Shown: positions 51,331 through 62,694 of the stretch, in pieces
Numbering within the stretch: the stretch's first letter is position 1
Layout of the letters: each line of letters opens with the position of its first letter
IMG/VR virus record: IMGVR_UViG_3300028840_002431
Span: 1-64,000 of that record
DNA length: 64,000 bases
Strand: one strand, 5' to 3'
Made by a program: the position numbers and the translations under genes
The notes under the pieces: generated by a model
Seen by the model: the letters and a program-made list of their open reading frames with translations, nothing else
The model's database searches: none
What the model was told of the DNA's origin: nothing

Positions 51331-53247
51331 CTACCCTTCGAGGATAGCCAAAAACTCGGCCTCCGAGATGCATTTGGTGTTATTTTTACGCGCCGCCTGA
51401 GCTTTTGAGGTATTGGAGTTAGGATCGGCCATAACCAGATAGCTCAGTCTCTTGCCAACCGACTTCTTCACCTCTCCGCCAGCGTCCTTGACCATCTTCT
51501 CGAACGTGGGACGAGGCTTGCTCAACGCGCCAGTGAAACAGAAACTCTTACCGGTAAGGGTGCCCTGGATCTTCGCCTCGATCTCGACGCCAAGTGAAAG
51601 GAGTCTGTCAACGACCTCACTCTCCTCTTGGAGCCACGTGTGAAGAGCCTGAGCCTTCACCGGCCCCAACCCTTCGACACCCGACAACTGGCTCATGCTG
51701 GCCGCCTTGAGCTTGTCGAAGGTGTCGTACCCGGCGTCCATAGCCATCTTGATAGTGCTCGAAGCACACAGGGGGATAGACAGAGAGCCAAGAAGCGTCT
51801 CCAGCGGAACCTTCTTCTTGACCCAGAGGGTCTTGATGACCTTGGCAGCCGATTTCTTACCCATCCGCTCGACATTGGTTAACTGCATATCCGTCAGCCG
51901 GTAGAGATCGGACACGTCCTTGACCAGACCCGAAGAGACCAGTTTCTCGATAAGAGTCTCGCCCCACTCCTTGATGTCCATAGCCGCCACGTAACGTTTG
52001 ATCCGGCCGACCGACTGAGCGGGGCACCCGTCCGCGTTGGGGCAGATCAAATACTCCCCGGCCGCTTCCGTTAACGTACCACAAGCGGGACACTCGGAGG
52101 GTGGGTTGGCGATCGTACCCACTCCTTTCACCACCTCAGTAACACGTGGAATCACATCCTGAGCACGAGACACGATAATGGTTGCGCCCACGTCCAGGCC
52201 CAGCGACCGGATGTAGGCCACATTGTAAAGACTGGCGTTCGTGATCTCGGCCCCCAGAATGTTGACCGGCCGGAAGATGGCAACGGGCGTAATACGGCCG
52301 GTTCCCCCGACCTGCCACTCGATACGCTGAAGGACCGACTCCCTGGTCGTCGCCGCGAACTTGAAAGCGACCGCGCCTCTCGGACAGTTGTCTTTCTCTC
52401 CAAGAGCCAGTTGCGCGGCCATGTTATTGATGCGGACCACGAGACCGTCGATGTCGTAATCGAGTTCGTCTCGCTTGAACTGTTGATACTCCAACCACAG
52501 ATCCTGAGGCGTCCTTACGCCCGGCACCATGGCGGTCACGTACCAGTTGGGGGTATCGAAACCGTGGTCTTCGAGCCACTTGAACTGGTCGGCCTCAGTC
52601 TCGAAGTCCTGTCCGTCGGCCACCTGATAAAACTTGACGCTCAAGTGTTCGCAACCCTGGCCGTCGTAGCGTCTTGCAATACCGCTGGCGGCGTTTCTGG
52701 GGTTGGCCTTCTCCGGGAAATACTTGGCGTGGTAGCTTCTCTTCAAGATGATCTCACCACGCAACGTCCCCGTGAAGCTTCTGGGTAGTTTCCCCCTGAC
52801 ACCCTCCATCTTGGAGACGTTGACCGTGATATCCTCTCCGATGTTACCATCGCCACGAGTCGCCGCCTTGTCCAACTCGCCTTTGACGTAGTCCACGGCG
52901 ATCGAGATGCCGTCGAGCTTCTCCGAAGTCATCAACGGAGCGGTCTGGGACTCGCCAGTGCCCGAAAGCCAGGAGGTCAGTTCGTCGATGGTCTTGACGT
53001 TGTCCAGGGACCCCATGGGGATCGAGTGCTCGACCTTCTCCCATTCAGAGACCGGGGTAGCTCCAACGGCGGTTACGGCGTCGCTGTCGGGTTTGACTTC
53101 GGCTAACTCGGCTACCCAGGCGTCGTAAACATCGTCCGAGACTGTCGGAGTTCCATTGTAATAATCGTGCCGCGCCTTCTTGATCTTGGCCTCTAACTCG
53201 GAGGCACGTTCGGCGGACGGTTGAGAAATTAGATCAAAAAAGTCCAT
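51331..53247 (-). CDS. ligA: NAD-dependent DNA ligase
   Basis: Start reassigned to ATG 53247 (the 102-aa extension overlaps another gene); SEKLDG, IDGLVV, AVAFKF, CPACG...C...C zinc finger, BRCT (FCFTG...VGKRLSYLV). Confidence 0.95.
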   Translation of the reverse strand: MDFFDLISQPSAERASELEAKIKKARHDYYNGTPTVSDDVYDAWVAELAEVKPDSDAVTAVGATPVSEWEKVEHSIPMGSLDNVKTIDELTSWLSGTGESQTAPLMTSEKLDGISIAVDYVKGELDKAATRGDGNIGEDITVNVSKMEGVRGKLPRSFTGTLRGEIILKRSYHAKYFPEKANPRNAASGIARRYDGQGCEHLSVKFYQVADGQDFETEADQFKWLEDHGFDTPNWYVTAMVPGVRTPQDLWLEYQQFKRDELDYDIDGLVVRINNMAAQLALGEKDNCPRGAVAFKFAATTRESVLQRIEWQVGGTGRITPVAIFRPVNILGAEITNASLYNVAYIRSLGLDVGATIIVSRAQDVIPRVTEVVKGVGTIANPPSECPACGTLTEAAGEYLICPNADGCPAQSVGRIKRYVAAMDIKEWGETLIEKLVSSGLVKDVSDLYRLTDMQLTNVERMGKKSAAKVIKTLWVKKKVPLETLLGSLSIPLCASSTIKMAMDAGYDTFDKLKAASMSQLSGVEGLGPVKAQALHTWLQEESEVVDRLLSLGVEIEAKIQGTLTGKSFCFTGALSKPRPTFEKMVKDAGGEVKKSVGKRLSYLVMADPNSNTSKAQAARKNNTKCISEAEFLAILEG

Positions 53248-53254
53248 ACCGGTA

Positions 53255-53277
53255 CTACACCCATGCCCGGCTACACC
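53255..53277 (-). promoter_or_regulatory. Tandem GGTGTAG motifs upstream of ligA
   Basis: Copies at 53271-53277 and 53255-53261; ATG 10 nt after the proximal TA; no SD. Confidence 0.6.
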
Positions 53278-53522
53278 TAAGACTTTTTGAGCACAGGAGC
53301 CAATTCGGGAGGAATTTCGCCGCTTTCCACCATCTCGGCTATCTCGGCTATCGTCCGGAGAGGTGTCAAGATGAACCGAACCTCCTCTCCCTTGTATGTC
53401 TCCAAGCGTTCCTGGATATCGACGAACTCGTTCGTACCATCCTCCTGGGGAACCCGGAGAACCATACGCCCCGTCATCGGGTCCAACTCGATGACGCCTT
53501 CTAAGAGAGTCCCTAAATCCAT
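53277..53522 (-). CDS. Hypothetical protein
   Basis: 81-aa ORF filling the RNR-ligase gap. Confidence 0.65.
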   Translation of the reverse strand: MDLGTLLEGVIELDPMTGRMVLRVPQEDGTNEFVDIQERLETYKGEEVRFILTPLRTIAEIAEMVESGEIPPELAPVLKKS

Positions 53523-53525
53523 TTC

Positions 53526-55844
53526 CTATATGGAACAGGTACCGCCCGCACAAGCCGGTTCCATCTTCACATCAGTGGTGTCGTCGATCTCTATCAAAGA
53601 CTTGTAATCGACTGGCTCGTACTTCCGCAGAATGTTGTTCCACCTTCTCTCGTTTGCCGGTGTGGTGATGGCCTCGTTGGGGCTGAATGCGTAGTCCTTG
53701 TCCCCGCTGACCGGGAGTAAGGAAACGCCCGTGAAGAAGTTACGGTGCGTCCATAGGTAATCAGCGATACCGTCCCATTCCTCTGGGCAGACTGTGACCG
53801 TGTTAGAAACGTTGTGATTCAAGCCTGGGGAGACGGCCTCCTCTGCCGTGCCAGGGATGACCCAGTTCTGTTGAGTGGACTTCACCATGTCGAGGAACTG
53901 AACGGCGGTAAGGTCCTCTTTGATAATAGCCTGAGGAGGAGCTTCAACCGGGAACTCCACAACCCACTTGCCGTCCGGCTTGCGGACACACATATGAGGA
54001 TTGACGGCCTTGAAGGCTTGGAAGACTGGCTCCAACTCGTCAGCCACCACACGGCGGAAATACCTACGCGCATGGTGAGCATGGTGCCCGGAGCCGACGC
54101 ACCCCAACTCAAGAGAAGTTGTACCGGAGGGTTTCACACAAGTCGTCCTGGCAGCGGAATTGATTCCAAGACGTTTGGCGTACTCAGCGTTCCACTTCTT
54201 GATCTTGAGCGCCACCTTCTTCTGGTACTCCGGGTTACAGGCGACATCCGGAGCGTCCAGCATACCGGTCATACCAATTCCCAGAAGAGCTTCGCGTTTC
54301 GAGAGTTGTTCCGAGACCCAGCCCAAATAAGGCATCTCCGTGTAAGTAGCCTGTAAGGTTCCAATGAGTGTGGCTGCTTTCGCTGCCGTCTCGAAGTCCT
54401 CGTAACACGTGAACTCGGCAGCGTTGATTTCACAAAGGTTGCAAAAAGCCCAGCCGGTGTAAACGTCGCCTACCTTGACGAAGACACCTTGCTTCTTGAG
54501 TCGCGCCCTCAACTTAGAATCGACTTCGAGCTTCGGGTTCATCCCTATCTCGCCACACGGATTCGTACCGTAGTCGTAATCGTTCGTGAAATAGAACCCA
54601 GGCTCACCCCACTGTTTGGTCATCTGGAAGATTCGCTTGAACTGCTTTTTACGAACCTCGTCACGCTTCAAGGCCACGGAGATGTTAACGTTAGCAAACC
54701 AAGGGTCTTTCTCGTACCAGTTTCCGGTCTTGGAGTACATCATTTCACTGTCGTCCAAAGAGAACAGACAGATCATGGCCGACCGACGGATACCACCCGA
54801 CAACACAGCGTCGGCGGAGTGACATAAAATCCTATGACATTCGATGGGCCGAAGCTTACGACCTTGGGCGGCCGATAGCACAGAGCGGACACATTCCAAG
54901 GACTCTTTGAGCTTCAAGTGCCCTGGAGCACGACCCCCGGAAGTTGCGAGCGGCGAACCAGCCGGACGGATCAGGTGATAACTAAACTCGATGTTCACAC
55001 CATCCTGGTAACTTTGTAATAGAGCCTTCAGAGCGTTGGCCCACCCCTCGATGCTGTCTCCTATCACATGATGGACCACCTTCTTCGCGTCTATATACTT
55101 GACGGACGGCAACCTCTCGATGTGATCAAACTGGACGGAGTAGCCCACACCACACCCAGACAGGAGTAGGAACAGGGCCTCCGAGAAAGCGTCGAAACGG
55201 TCGATCAACGTGAAACTACAGTTGTAGATACGGTTGTTGTTAGCTAACACCGCCTTGCCGCCGAACTGCATCGACCTCATCGACGGAAGAACTTTCTTTT
55301 TACGAACAAGGTCGAATGCCTCTTTGATCTCCTCACGCATCTCCGGGAACCGGTCGTGGTGCATCTTCTCGACTCTCGCCACGGTCTCTGAGAACACCTC
55401 ACGCCGTTTCTTGTTAGGCAGGTACCGGGCATACTTGCTGGCATGGATATAATCAGCCAACCCTCGTGGGTCCACCGCCTTGGCTCGTAGCTCTCTAAGC
55501 TCTTGCCTCTGATGGCGATAGAGAATGTACGCCTTGGCTACGGCGAACTCCTTATGCCTCATAAGAGAGGTCTCAACAGCGTCCTGGACGATTTCAACGT
55601 CCACAACCTCTTCCCCTATGGTGTTTAAAACTGTCTTAACCACCCCCGAAATAGACCTTGTGTCCGAAGAGGGTAGTTCCCCGTTCTCAGGAGTTTTGAC
55701 ACTCACCCAGGCTGAATGAATGGCGCTACGTAGTTTACCCTCGTCAAAAGACTGGAGTGTTACGCCGTCCCTCTTTCTAATGTATTTGATATCAACTGGC
55801 ATATACAAAACTCGGGGCTGAGCTTCCTGAGTTTGGGCTTGCAT
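53526..55844 (-). CDS. nrdJ: Class II (B12-dependent, monomeric-type) ribonucleotide reductase with N-terminal ATP cone
   Basis: IRKRDG ATP cone; YNCSF, GCGVGYS, DSIEGW, GGIRRSA, TNPCGEI, VKPSGT, C-terminal CAGGTC; no C-terminal YY pair and no nrdB nearby. Confidence 0.85.
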   Translation of the reverse strand: MQAQTQEAQPRVLYMPVDIKYIRKRDGVTLQSFDEGKLRSAIHSAWVSVKTPENGELPSSDTRSISGVVKTVLNTIGEEVVDVEIVQDAVETSLMRHKEFAVAKAYILYRHQRQELRELRAKAVDPRGLADYIHASKYARYLPNKKRREVFSETVARVEKMHHDRFPEMREEIKEAFDLVRKKKVLPSMRSMQFGGKAVLANNNRIYNCSFTLIDRFDAFSEALFLLLSGCGVGYSVQFDHIERLPSVKYIDAKKVVHHVIGDSIEGWANALKALLQSYQDGVNIEFSYHLIRPAGSPLATSGGRAPGHLKLKESLECVRSVLSAAQGRKLRPIECHRILCHSADAVLSGGIRRSAMICLFSLDDSEMMYSKTGNWYEKDPWFANVNISVALKRDEVRKKQFKRIFQMTKQWGEPGFYFTNDYDYGTNPCGEIGMNPKLEVDSKLRARLKKQGVFVKVGDVYTGWAFCNLCEINAAEFTCYEDFETAAKAATLIGTLQATYTEMPYLGWVSEQLSKREALLGIGMTGMLDAPDVACNPEYQKKVALKIKKWNAEYAKRLGINSAARTTCVKPSGTTSLELGCVGSGHHAHHARRYFRRVVADELEPVFQAFKAVNPHMCVRKPDGKWVVEFPVEAPPQAIIKEDLTAVQFLDMVKSTQQNWVIPGTAEEAVSPGLNHNVSNTVTVCPEEWDGIADYLWTHRNFFTGVSLLPVSGDKDYAFSPNEAITTPANERRWNNILRKYEPVDYKSLIEIDDTTDVKMEPACAGGTCSI

Positions 55845-55853
55845 GTGGACTCC

Positions 55854-56816
55854 CTAACGAGCTATAGACAATATTGCCAACTCGACCAGGGTTCTTTTTG
55901 ATCGAGATGGGCCTTTCACATCTACATCTAATCTGCACAGCCGCCTCATGTAGTCCACTAACGATTTAGGATCATGTTTACGCGCTATGGGTGCCGCAAT
56001 GTTCTTGTACGGCCACTCCTTCATTCCCACGGTGGCCGCTATATTTGATTCTTCTACACCTCTATCTTGAAGGTTTCGAATAACTACCGTTTTTTCTACC
56101 TGCTTCATGATCGAGCGTACGACCGGGATGAGAGCATCATCCCCTGAGTTCCTGTACAACACCGAAAACAAGCTTAGCGCCCCCTTCAAATTCTTTGCTA
56201 TTACTTGCTCGGCCACCTGGAACGGTTCGGCCTTCGGGGTCGGGCTTGTTATTAACTTTATATGCTCCTTTTTGACGCTTCCCGCCTGACCCACATAGAT
56301 TGCGAGTTTCCGCAATTCGTTTTCCAACCGATATAGGTCCGGGCCAACGTATTGATACAGTGTTGAAGCTACGTCCTTGTCGATCGCCACACGAAGACGG
56401 GTCGCCTCCGTCTTGACGAACTTCACATAGTTATCCGTCTCCCACGGCTTGAATCTACGCCGTTCGACTTTCTTACCCTTAGAGGCAGCGAGTTCCCACA
56501 CGTCCGGAAGCTTGGAACTCCGGACGACCGCCATGAGAATGAGGGATTTGTCAGAACGGTCTCGGGTGCCTACAAACGTGCGTAAAGCGTCGTTCGCCCT
56601 TATTTTCTGGGCGTTATCTAAGATTATGGTACGCGGGATCTCTGAGTAAGCCTCGCACAGGTCAACGAGTTGAACAGGCTTTAGATCCCCGCCGTCAACA
56701 CGAAGGATATCTCTCTTACCTTGACGTGCTCGTTCTATGTCACGGTCAAGATAGAAATCCTCATCACCAAAGGCGATCACAAAGGGATTGAATGAGGATG
56801 ACTTAGAGGAGGCCAT
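55854..56816 (-). CDS. holA: DNA polymerase III delta subunit-like
   Basis: AFGDEDFYLDR N-terminus, VGPDLYRLENELRKLAIY, C-terminal LDVDVKG...LVELAIL. Confidence 0.8.
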   Translation of the reverse strand: MASSKSSSFNPFVIAFGDEDFYLDRDIERARQGKRDILRVDGGDLKPVQLVDLCEAYSEIPRTIILDNAQKIRANDALRTFVGTRDRSDKSLILMAVVRSSKLPDVWELAASKGKKVERRRFKPWETDNYVKFVKTEATRLRVAIDKDVASTLYQYVGPDLYRLENELRKLAIYVGQAGSVKKEHIKLITSPTPKAEPFQVAEQVIAKNLKGALSLFSVLYRNSGDDALIPVVRSIMKQVEKTVVIRNLQDRGVEESNIAATVGMKEWPYKNIAAPIARKHDPKSLVDYMRRLCRLDVDVKGPSRSKRTLVELAILSIAR

Positions 56817-56822
56817 GTCCCA

Positions 56823-57767
56823 CTAAAAGGTTTCAACAAGAGTTGTCTTGAAATGGAAGGGGAGGTTTATCCGAGTTATCCGATACCGGCTCTGTAGATC
56901 TCTCGTTTTTTTGGTTAACTCGTTCCATGTTTGTAGAGAGGCTCTCTTCCCTATCTTCTCCAGATCATCAGAACGATCCGCATGAATAACTCGGGTAGTA
57001 TCTACACGGCCTACAAATATATCGTGGACGATTTGTTCCAGAAATTTCAGAGCTAGTAGCAAATCCTTGTCCATAGCATCCACGGCCGCAAACAACGTCG
57101 AAAGATCCTTGTCCAAGGCTGCCTGGAGAACAGCCACGACTTGATCTCGAAGGGCCAATCGACCCGAACCCCAGTAGCGGAGAGCGTTGCCTACCGAACC
57201 CTCTCCCATTCGCGTATAGACAAGAGCTTTAGCGCTCGTATCGTATTGCTGAACTACCGATAAAACGAACTCTTCGGGAAGCGGAAGGTATTGTACGCGC
57301 CCGCACCTCGAACGAATTGTAGGCAACACACGATCGATATCTTCAGCGATCAAGAAAAAACGTGACCGGGCTGGCGGCTCTTCAAGAGTCTTTAAAAAAG
57401 CGTTGGCGGCCGGTCCCGTGAACCGGTCCGCCCCGTCGATGACGAAGCATCGAACCGAAGCGACCGACGGATAGCTCTTGGCCTCACTGATCAATCGACG
57501 TATGTCGTCGATACCAATGTCTTTTTCGCTGGCGTCCAGCGTGAGGATATCCGGGTGGATGTTTTTCGTTATCTGGTAGCAAGACGAGCACGGACAGTCC
57601 GGTTCTCGATTCTCCTGGCAGAAAGCCTCTTGTGCGGCCTTGAGCACAGAAAACTTCCTACCAACCCCCGCAGGACCAACCAGCAAAATCGGTGACACCA
57701 GACGCCCTTCAACAAAGCGTCTAAGGAACTTCACCCCCTCCGTCTGGTGCTGAATCTCCTGTAGCAT
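56823..57767 (-). CDS. holB: DNA polymerase III delta' subunit
   Basis: GPAGVGRK, CPCSSC, HPDIL, IGIDDIR, AANAFLKTLEEPP, VLPTIRSRC; start probably ATG 57767. Confidence 0.9.
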   Translation of the reverse strand: MLQEIQHQTEGVKFLRRFVEGRLVSPILLVGPAGVGRKFSVLKAAQEAFCQENREPDCPCSSCYQITKNIHPDILTLDASEKDIGIDDIRRLISEAKSYPSVASVRCFVIDGADRFTGPAANAFLKTLEEPPARSRFFLIAEDIDRVLPTIRSRCGRVQYLPLPEEFVLSVVQQYDTSAKALVYTRMGEGSVGNALRYWGSGRLALRDQVVAVLQAALDKDLSTLFAAVDAMDKDLLLALKFLEQIVHDIFVGRVDTTRVIHADRSDDLEKIGKRASLQTWNELTKKTRDLQSRYRITRINLPFHFKTTLVETF

Positions 57768-57936
57768 TTCCTGGCCCAAGCAGATCTTTCGTACGCTCCA
57801 CAGGATCTACCGGGACAAATTGGAGCACCCCATGATAATGCTGACCGCAGTCCTGGCAGATGTATCTGTGGACCTCTACACCACTGGGTGCCAGACGGCC
57901 CTCGCACTTGAGGCACTTGATGAAGTCTTCTGTCAC
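57721..57936 (-). CDS. Small zinc-ribbon protein
   Basis: GTGA overlap start at 57936; CLKC...CQDC. Confidence 0.55.
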   Translation of the reverse strand: MTEDFIKCLKCEGRLAPSGVEVHRYICQDCGQHYHGVLQFVPVDPVERTKDLLGPGNATGDSAPDGGGEVP

Positions 57937-58145
57937 AATTCGACAGAACCCCCGACGGGAATACCCCACGATCGCTTACACTTGCAACACTGGTACAAAC
58001 GTCTCCCGCCCGCTTGACCGGCTACCTTCAATTCGATCGCGAGAATGGAATCACAATCGGCGTCTTTACAGCGAATATGAACCTTCTTGGGTTCTTCTTC
58101 TTTTTCTTTAAGGCCGGGAACCGTTCCCGCTGGATCGATAGGCAT
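57933..58145 (-). CDS. Small zinc-ribbon protein
   Basis: CKDADC...CCKC. Confidence 0.6.
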   Translation of the reverse strand: MPIDPAGTVPGLKEKEEEPKKVHIRCKDADCDSILAIELKVAGQAGGRRLYQCCKCKRSWGIPVGGSVEL

Positions 58146-58152
58146 TGTTACC

Positions 58153-58749
58153 TCAATAGGTTGTTGGGTAATCTACAGGGAAAAGTTGTTGGAGAATTTT
58201 CACGAGTTGGTTGTAAAGAAAAGTGCTCGTGAACGATGAGAAGTCCGCACGGTGTTCCGGGGAAATTAATGAAGACCCGTCCGGACGCGGGTTCGGAGTT
58301 GACGCCTTGGACCAACTTGAAGGTCTGCCAAAAGCATCGACTCGTAATGTCGTTAGCAATTTTTGAATCTTACTATACTCGTCAAACGGCAACCCATCTA
58401 AGAAGGACTTTATACCCCCAGCCGGATTCTCAGGCGGCTGCTTCATCGTACGGTTAGGTTGCGGAGACATTACAGGAGGAGGCTCGTTCTCCGGAGGAAC
58501 GACAGGCTGGTACCTCTTGGTGCTGTACCGAAAGACCGGGAAAATCTTACGCCAGTCGTCCCCTCGGATAACTACAGTGTAAGCTTGATCCCTCACGATC
58601 TCGACATACGGTGTGTCATGAGACTGGCCTGATAACACTCTCGCTCGGCCGTCGGCGGCATCCACAATGGCCTGAGCGACCCTAGGAGCGTCAGAATATC
58701 TCAAATGGGTCAGCCGCGTTCCGCCTACTCTTTGAAGTCGTGAGTCCAT
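58153..58749 (-). CDS. Hypothetical protein
   Basis: 198 aa with central Pro-rich linker. Confidence 0.65.
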   Translation of the reverse strand: MDSRLQRVGGTRLTHLRYSDAPRVAQAIVDAADGRARVLSGQSHDTPYVEIVRDQAYTVVIRGDDWRKIFPVFRYSTKRYQPVVPPENEPPPVMSPQPNRTMKQPPENPAGGIKSFLDGLPFDEYSKIQKLLTTLRVDAFGRPSSWSKASTPNPRPDGSSLISPEHRADFSSFTSTFLYNQLVKILQQLFPVDYPTTY

Positions 58750-58774
58750 CCCATATAGGTATCCGACAAAGACT

Positions 58775-60807
<2,033 letters not shown>

Positions 60808-60824
60808 CTTTTCTCCGTTACACC

Positions 60825-60859
60825 AAAAAATAAGGGAGATGGTCTGAGACCATCTCCCT
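60825..60859 (-). terminator. Intrinsic terminator after the vWA gene
   Basis: Perfect 12-bp stem AGGGAGATGGTC-TCA-GACCATCTCCCT then TATTTTTT. Confidence 0.85.
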
Positions 60860-60929
60860 CGAATTGACTCATGCTATCAGTTCAGCCAGCGCCTACGACT
60901 CTAACGCCCTGGCCTCTTAATGGCAACAG

Positions 60930-62510
60930 TTACCACCGCTTTGACTTCTGGGCGATCTTACGCTTCTTGGGCTTCTCGACCGGCTTCTCCTCAGGTTGGC
61001 CTGGGATGGTGATCGGACTTGGCACCACCACCGAATCCGGGCTGGTCAGCGTGTCGGGATTGGCGGTCCACGTCAGAGGCTGATTATCGCCCGCCTCGAT
61101 GTACAGGTCGGAGCTATCCACCGATGAGTTCCCACCCGAAGAGATAGAACCGTCTCCTGTACCATCCGCAGAGAAGGCGTCGGCCGTGGCGTCTTGGGCG
61201 GCGTTGGAGAGTGTTACGCCCGCGTTGGCGAGATCCTCCGCTGCCGACACCTCGTAGGTGCCTCCCATACCCCGCGTGGCTCCACGAGTGACGCTGGCGA
61301 AGTACGCGGCGTTGGCCGTGTAAGAAGTCCGGCTACCCATCCGCGAGCTAATCCCCTTGGACATCGCCGCAGCACCGATCAGGCCACGAGTCTTGAATTC
61401 GTCGCCAATGTCGTTCATGTGCTGGACAGCGTAGTCGTAGTTGCCCGCTTTGGCGTGCTCTTCGGCCTCGATCTGCGCTCGAACAAGCTGGGCCAGCCCC
61501 ACGATGTTGTCCAATTCCTCGTCCGGCTTCTCCTGGTGCTCACCGGCCTTCACGAACTGGACCTTGGCCTTGGCTTCGACCTGTTTGTGCTCCTTCCGGA
61601 GGTTTGCGTCCAGGGTGTCATAACCTGCCTTGACCTCGAAGACATTCATCTCACGAGGAAAGGCGTTCTTCTGGGCCTTCAACTTGACAGCCAAAACGAT
61701 GTTCCGGACCTCGTCAGACAGGATATCCGGGATCTTGATAGTCACTTGGCCCAGATCCCCTTCGTCGGCGTCCACGTCCGAAACCACCTGAGCGATCTCG
61801 TGACCGGCCAGCGGGTTCACGTCGATTATCAGGTTGGTGGCGTAGGTGCTGAGCAGACCGCCCAGTTCCTTACCGAAGGCCGACAGCGCGTCGTCAGGGT
61901 TTTGCACGAAGGCATAATTGCCTTTGCCTCTCTTGGACATATCGAGAAGCATGTCTTGACGAACGTCCGACCCGTAGCCGAAAGCGCTAACAGTGCTCGT
62001 CTCCATGTTGGACCCAACCAACTCCACGAGATCTTCCGGCTCTGTGGCGGGACCCCTGTTGGCGTTGCCATCCGTGAAGAGAATGACCCTTAGGATGACC
62101 TCCGACGACAGGTCCGCCTCTTGGGCAAGTTCAAAACCCTTGAGAAGCGCGTCGGCAATGTTGGTGGACCCTCTCGTCTGAAGATCGCTAACCTTACGTT
62201 TCAGATCCTCCTTGGCTTCGGCGGTACAAGGTACGGGCCTTGAGATCACCTGGGCAGATTCGGAGAAGTCGATCAGGCCGCAGTAATCGTTCGGTGAGAG
62301 GTGCTCGATCAACTTGGTCAGCGAGCGTTTCGCGTAGACGAGCTTTGACCCCATCATAGAGCCGGACACGTCCACGAGCGGTATGATGCACAACCGGGGT
62401 CGCTTGTCTTCGACCGACACCGACGGTGCTGACAGCCCTAGGACAAGGTGGGCTTCGTTTTCCAGGTCAAACTGGACTTTATCAAATGTGAGTTTCGCAC
62501 TAATTTCCAT
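60930..62510 (-). CDS. von Willebrand factor A domain protein
   Basis: Start reassigned to ATG 62510 (GGAGG SD); MIDAS DVSGS, TRGSTN, ILFTDG, SAFGYG; low-complexity tail. Confidence 0.88.
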   Translation of the reverse strand: MEISAKLTFDKVQFDLENEAHLVLGLSAPSVSVEDKRPRLCIIPLVDVSGSMMGSKLVYAKRSLTKLIEHLSPNDYCGLIDFSESAQVISRPVPCTAEAKEDLKRKVSDLQTRGSTNIADALLKGFELAQEADLSSEVILRVILFTDGNANRGPATEPEDLVELVGSNMETSTVSAFGYGSDVRQDMLLDMSKRGKGNYAFVQNPDDALSAFGKELGGLLSTYATNLIIDVNPLAGHEIAQVVSDVDADEGDLGQVTIKIPDILSDEVRNIVLAVKLKAQKNAFPREMNVFEVKAGYDTLDANLRKEHKQVEAKAKVQFVKAGEHQEKPDEELDNIVGLAQLVRAQIEAEEHAKAGNYDYAVQHMNDIGDEFKTRGLIGAAAMSKGISSRMGSRTSYTANAAYFASVTRGATRGMGGTYEVSAAEDLANAGVTLSNAAQDATADAFSADGTGDGSISSGGNSSVDSSDLYIEAGDNQPLTWTANPDTLTSPDSVVVPSPITIPGQPEEKPVEKPKKRKIAQKSKRW

Positions 62511-62694
62511 GGCTTTGGTCCTCCCGTAGCCGTCTGGCCTAGCAACTTCCCCTGGTGCGGGCCTGGACTGACCCCAAAACCAAAGGACCGCTAAGCGGTC
62601 ACAGAACGTCCACCGCCTTTCCAAACCTCGGATTTTCCTTAGGCGCGATCAGCGGCACGAGAGACCCAACCCGGAGGCGCGGCCTCACGCTTAC

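Noticed and set aside
53248-53553. 102-aa N-terminal extension of ligA in the ORF track
   Set aside because: It overlaps the 53277-53522 gene, is not ligase-like, and the ligase domain starts at ATG 53247 behind the promoter motif.
25124-55844. Inteins, introns or stop-codon recoding in terL, recA, ligA or nrdJ
   Set aside because: Gene lengths and motif spacing are normal, and coding density is high under the standard code with TAA, TAG and TGA all used as stops.
45960-56060. GGTGTAG copies inside ruvC (~45962), recD2 (~50552) and holA (~56053)
   Set aside because: They fall mid-gene (the ruvC and holA copies at Gly-Val codons), far from any start, and are consistent with chance.
61194-62093. 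Long plus-strand ORFs opposite real genes (e.g. 61194-62093, 44808-45578, 14668-15363)
   Set aside because: They are antisense shadows of GC-rich genes, with no motifs or RBS.
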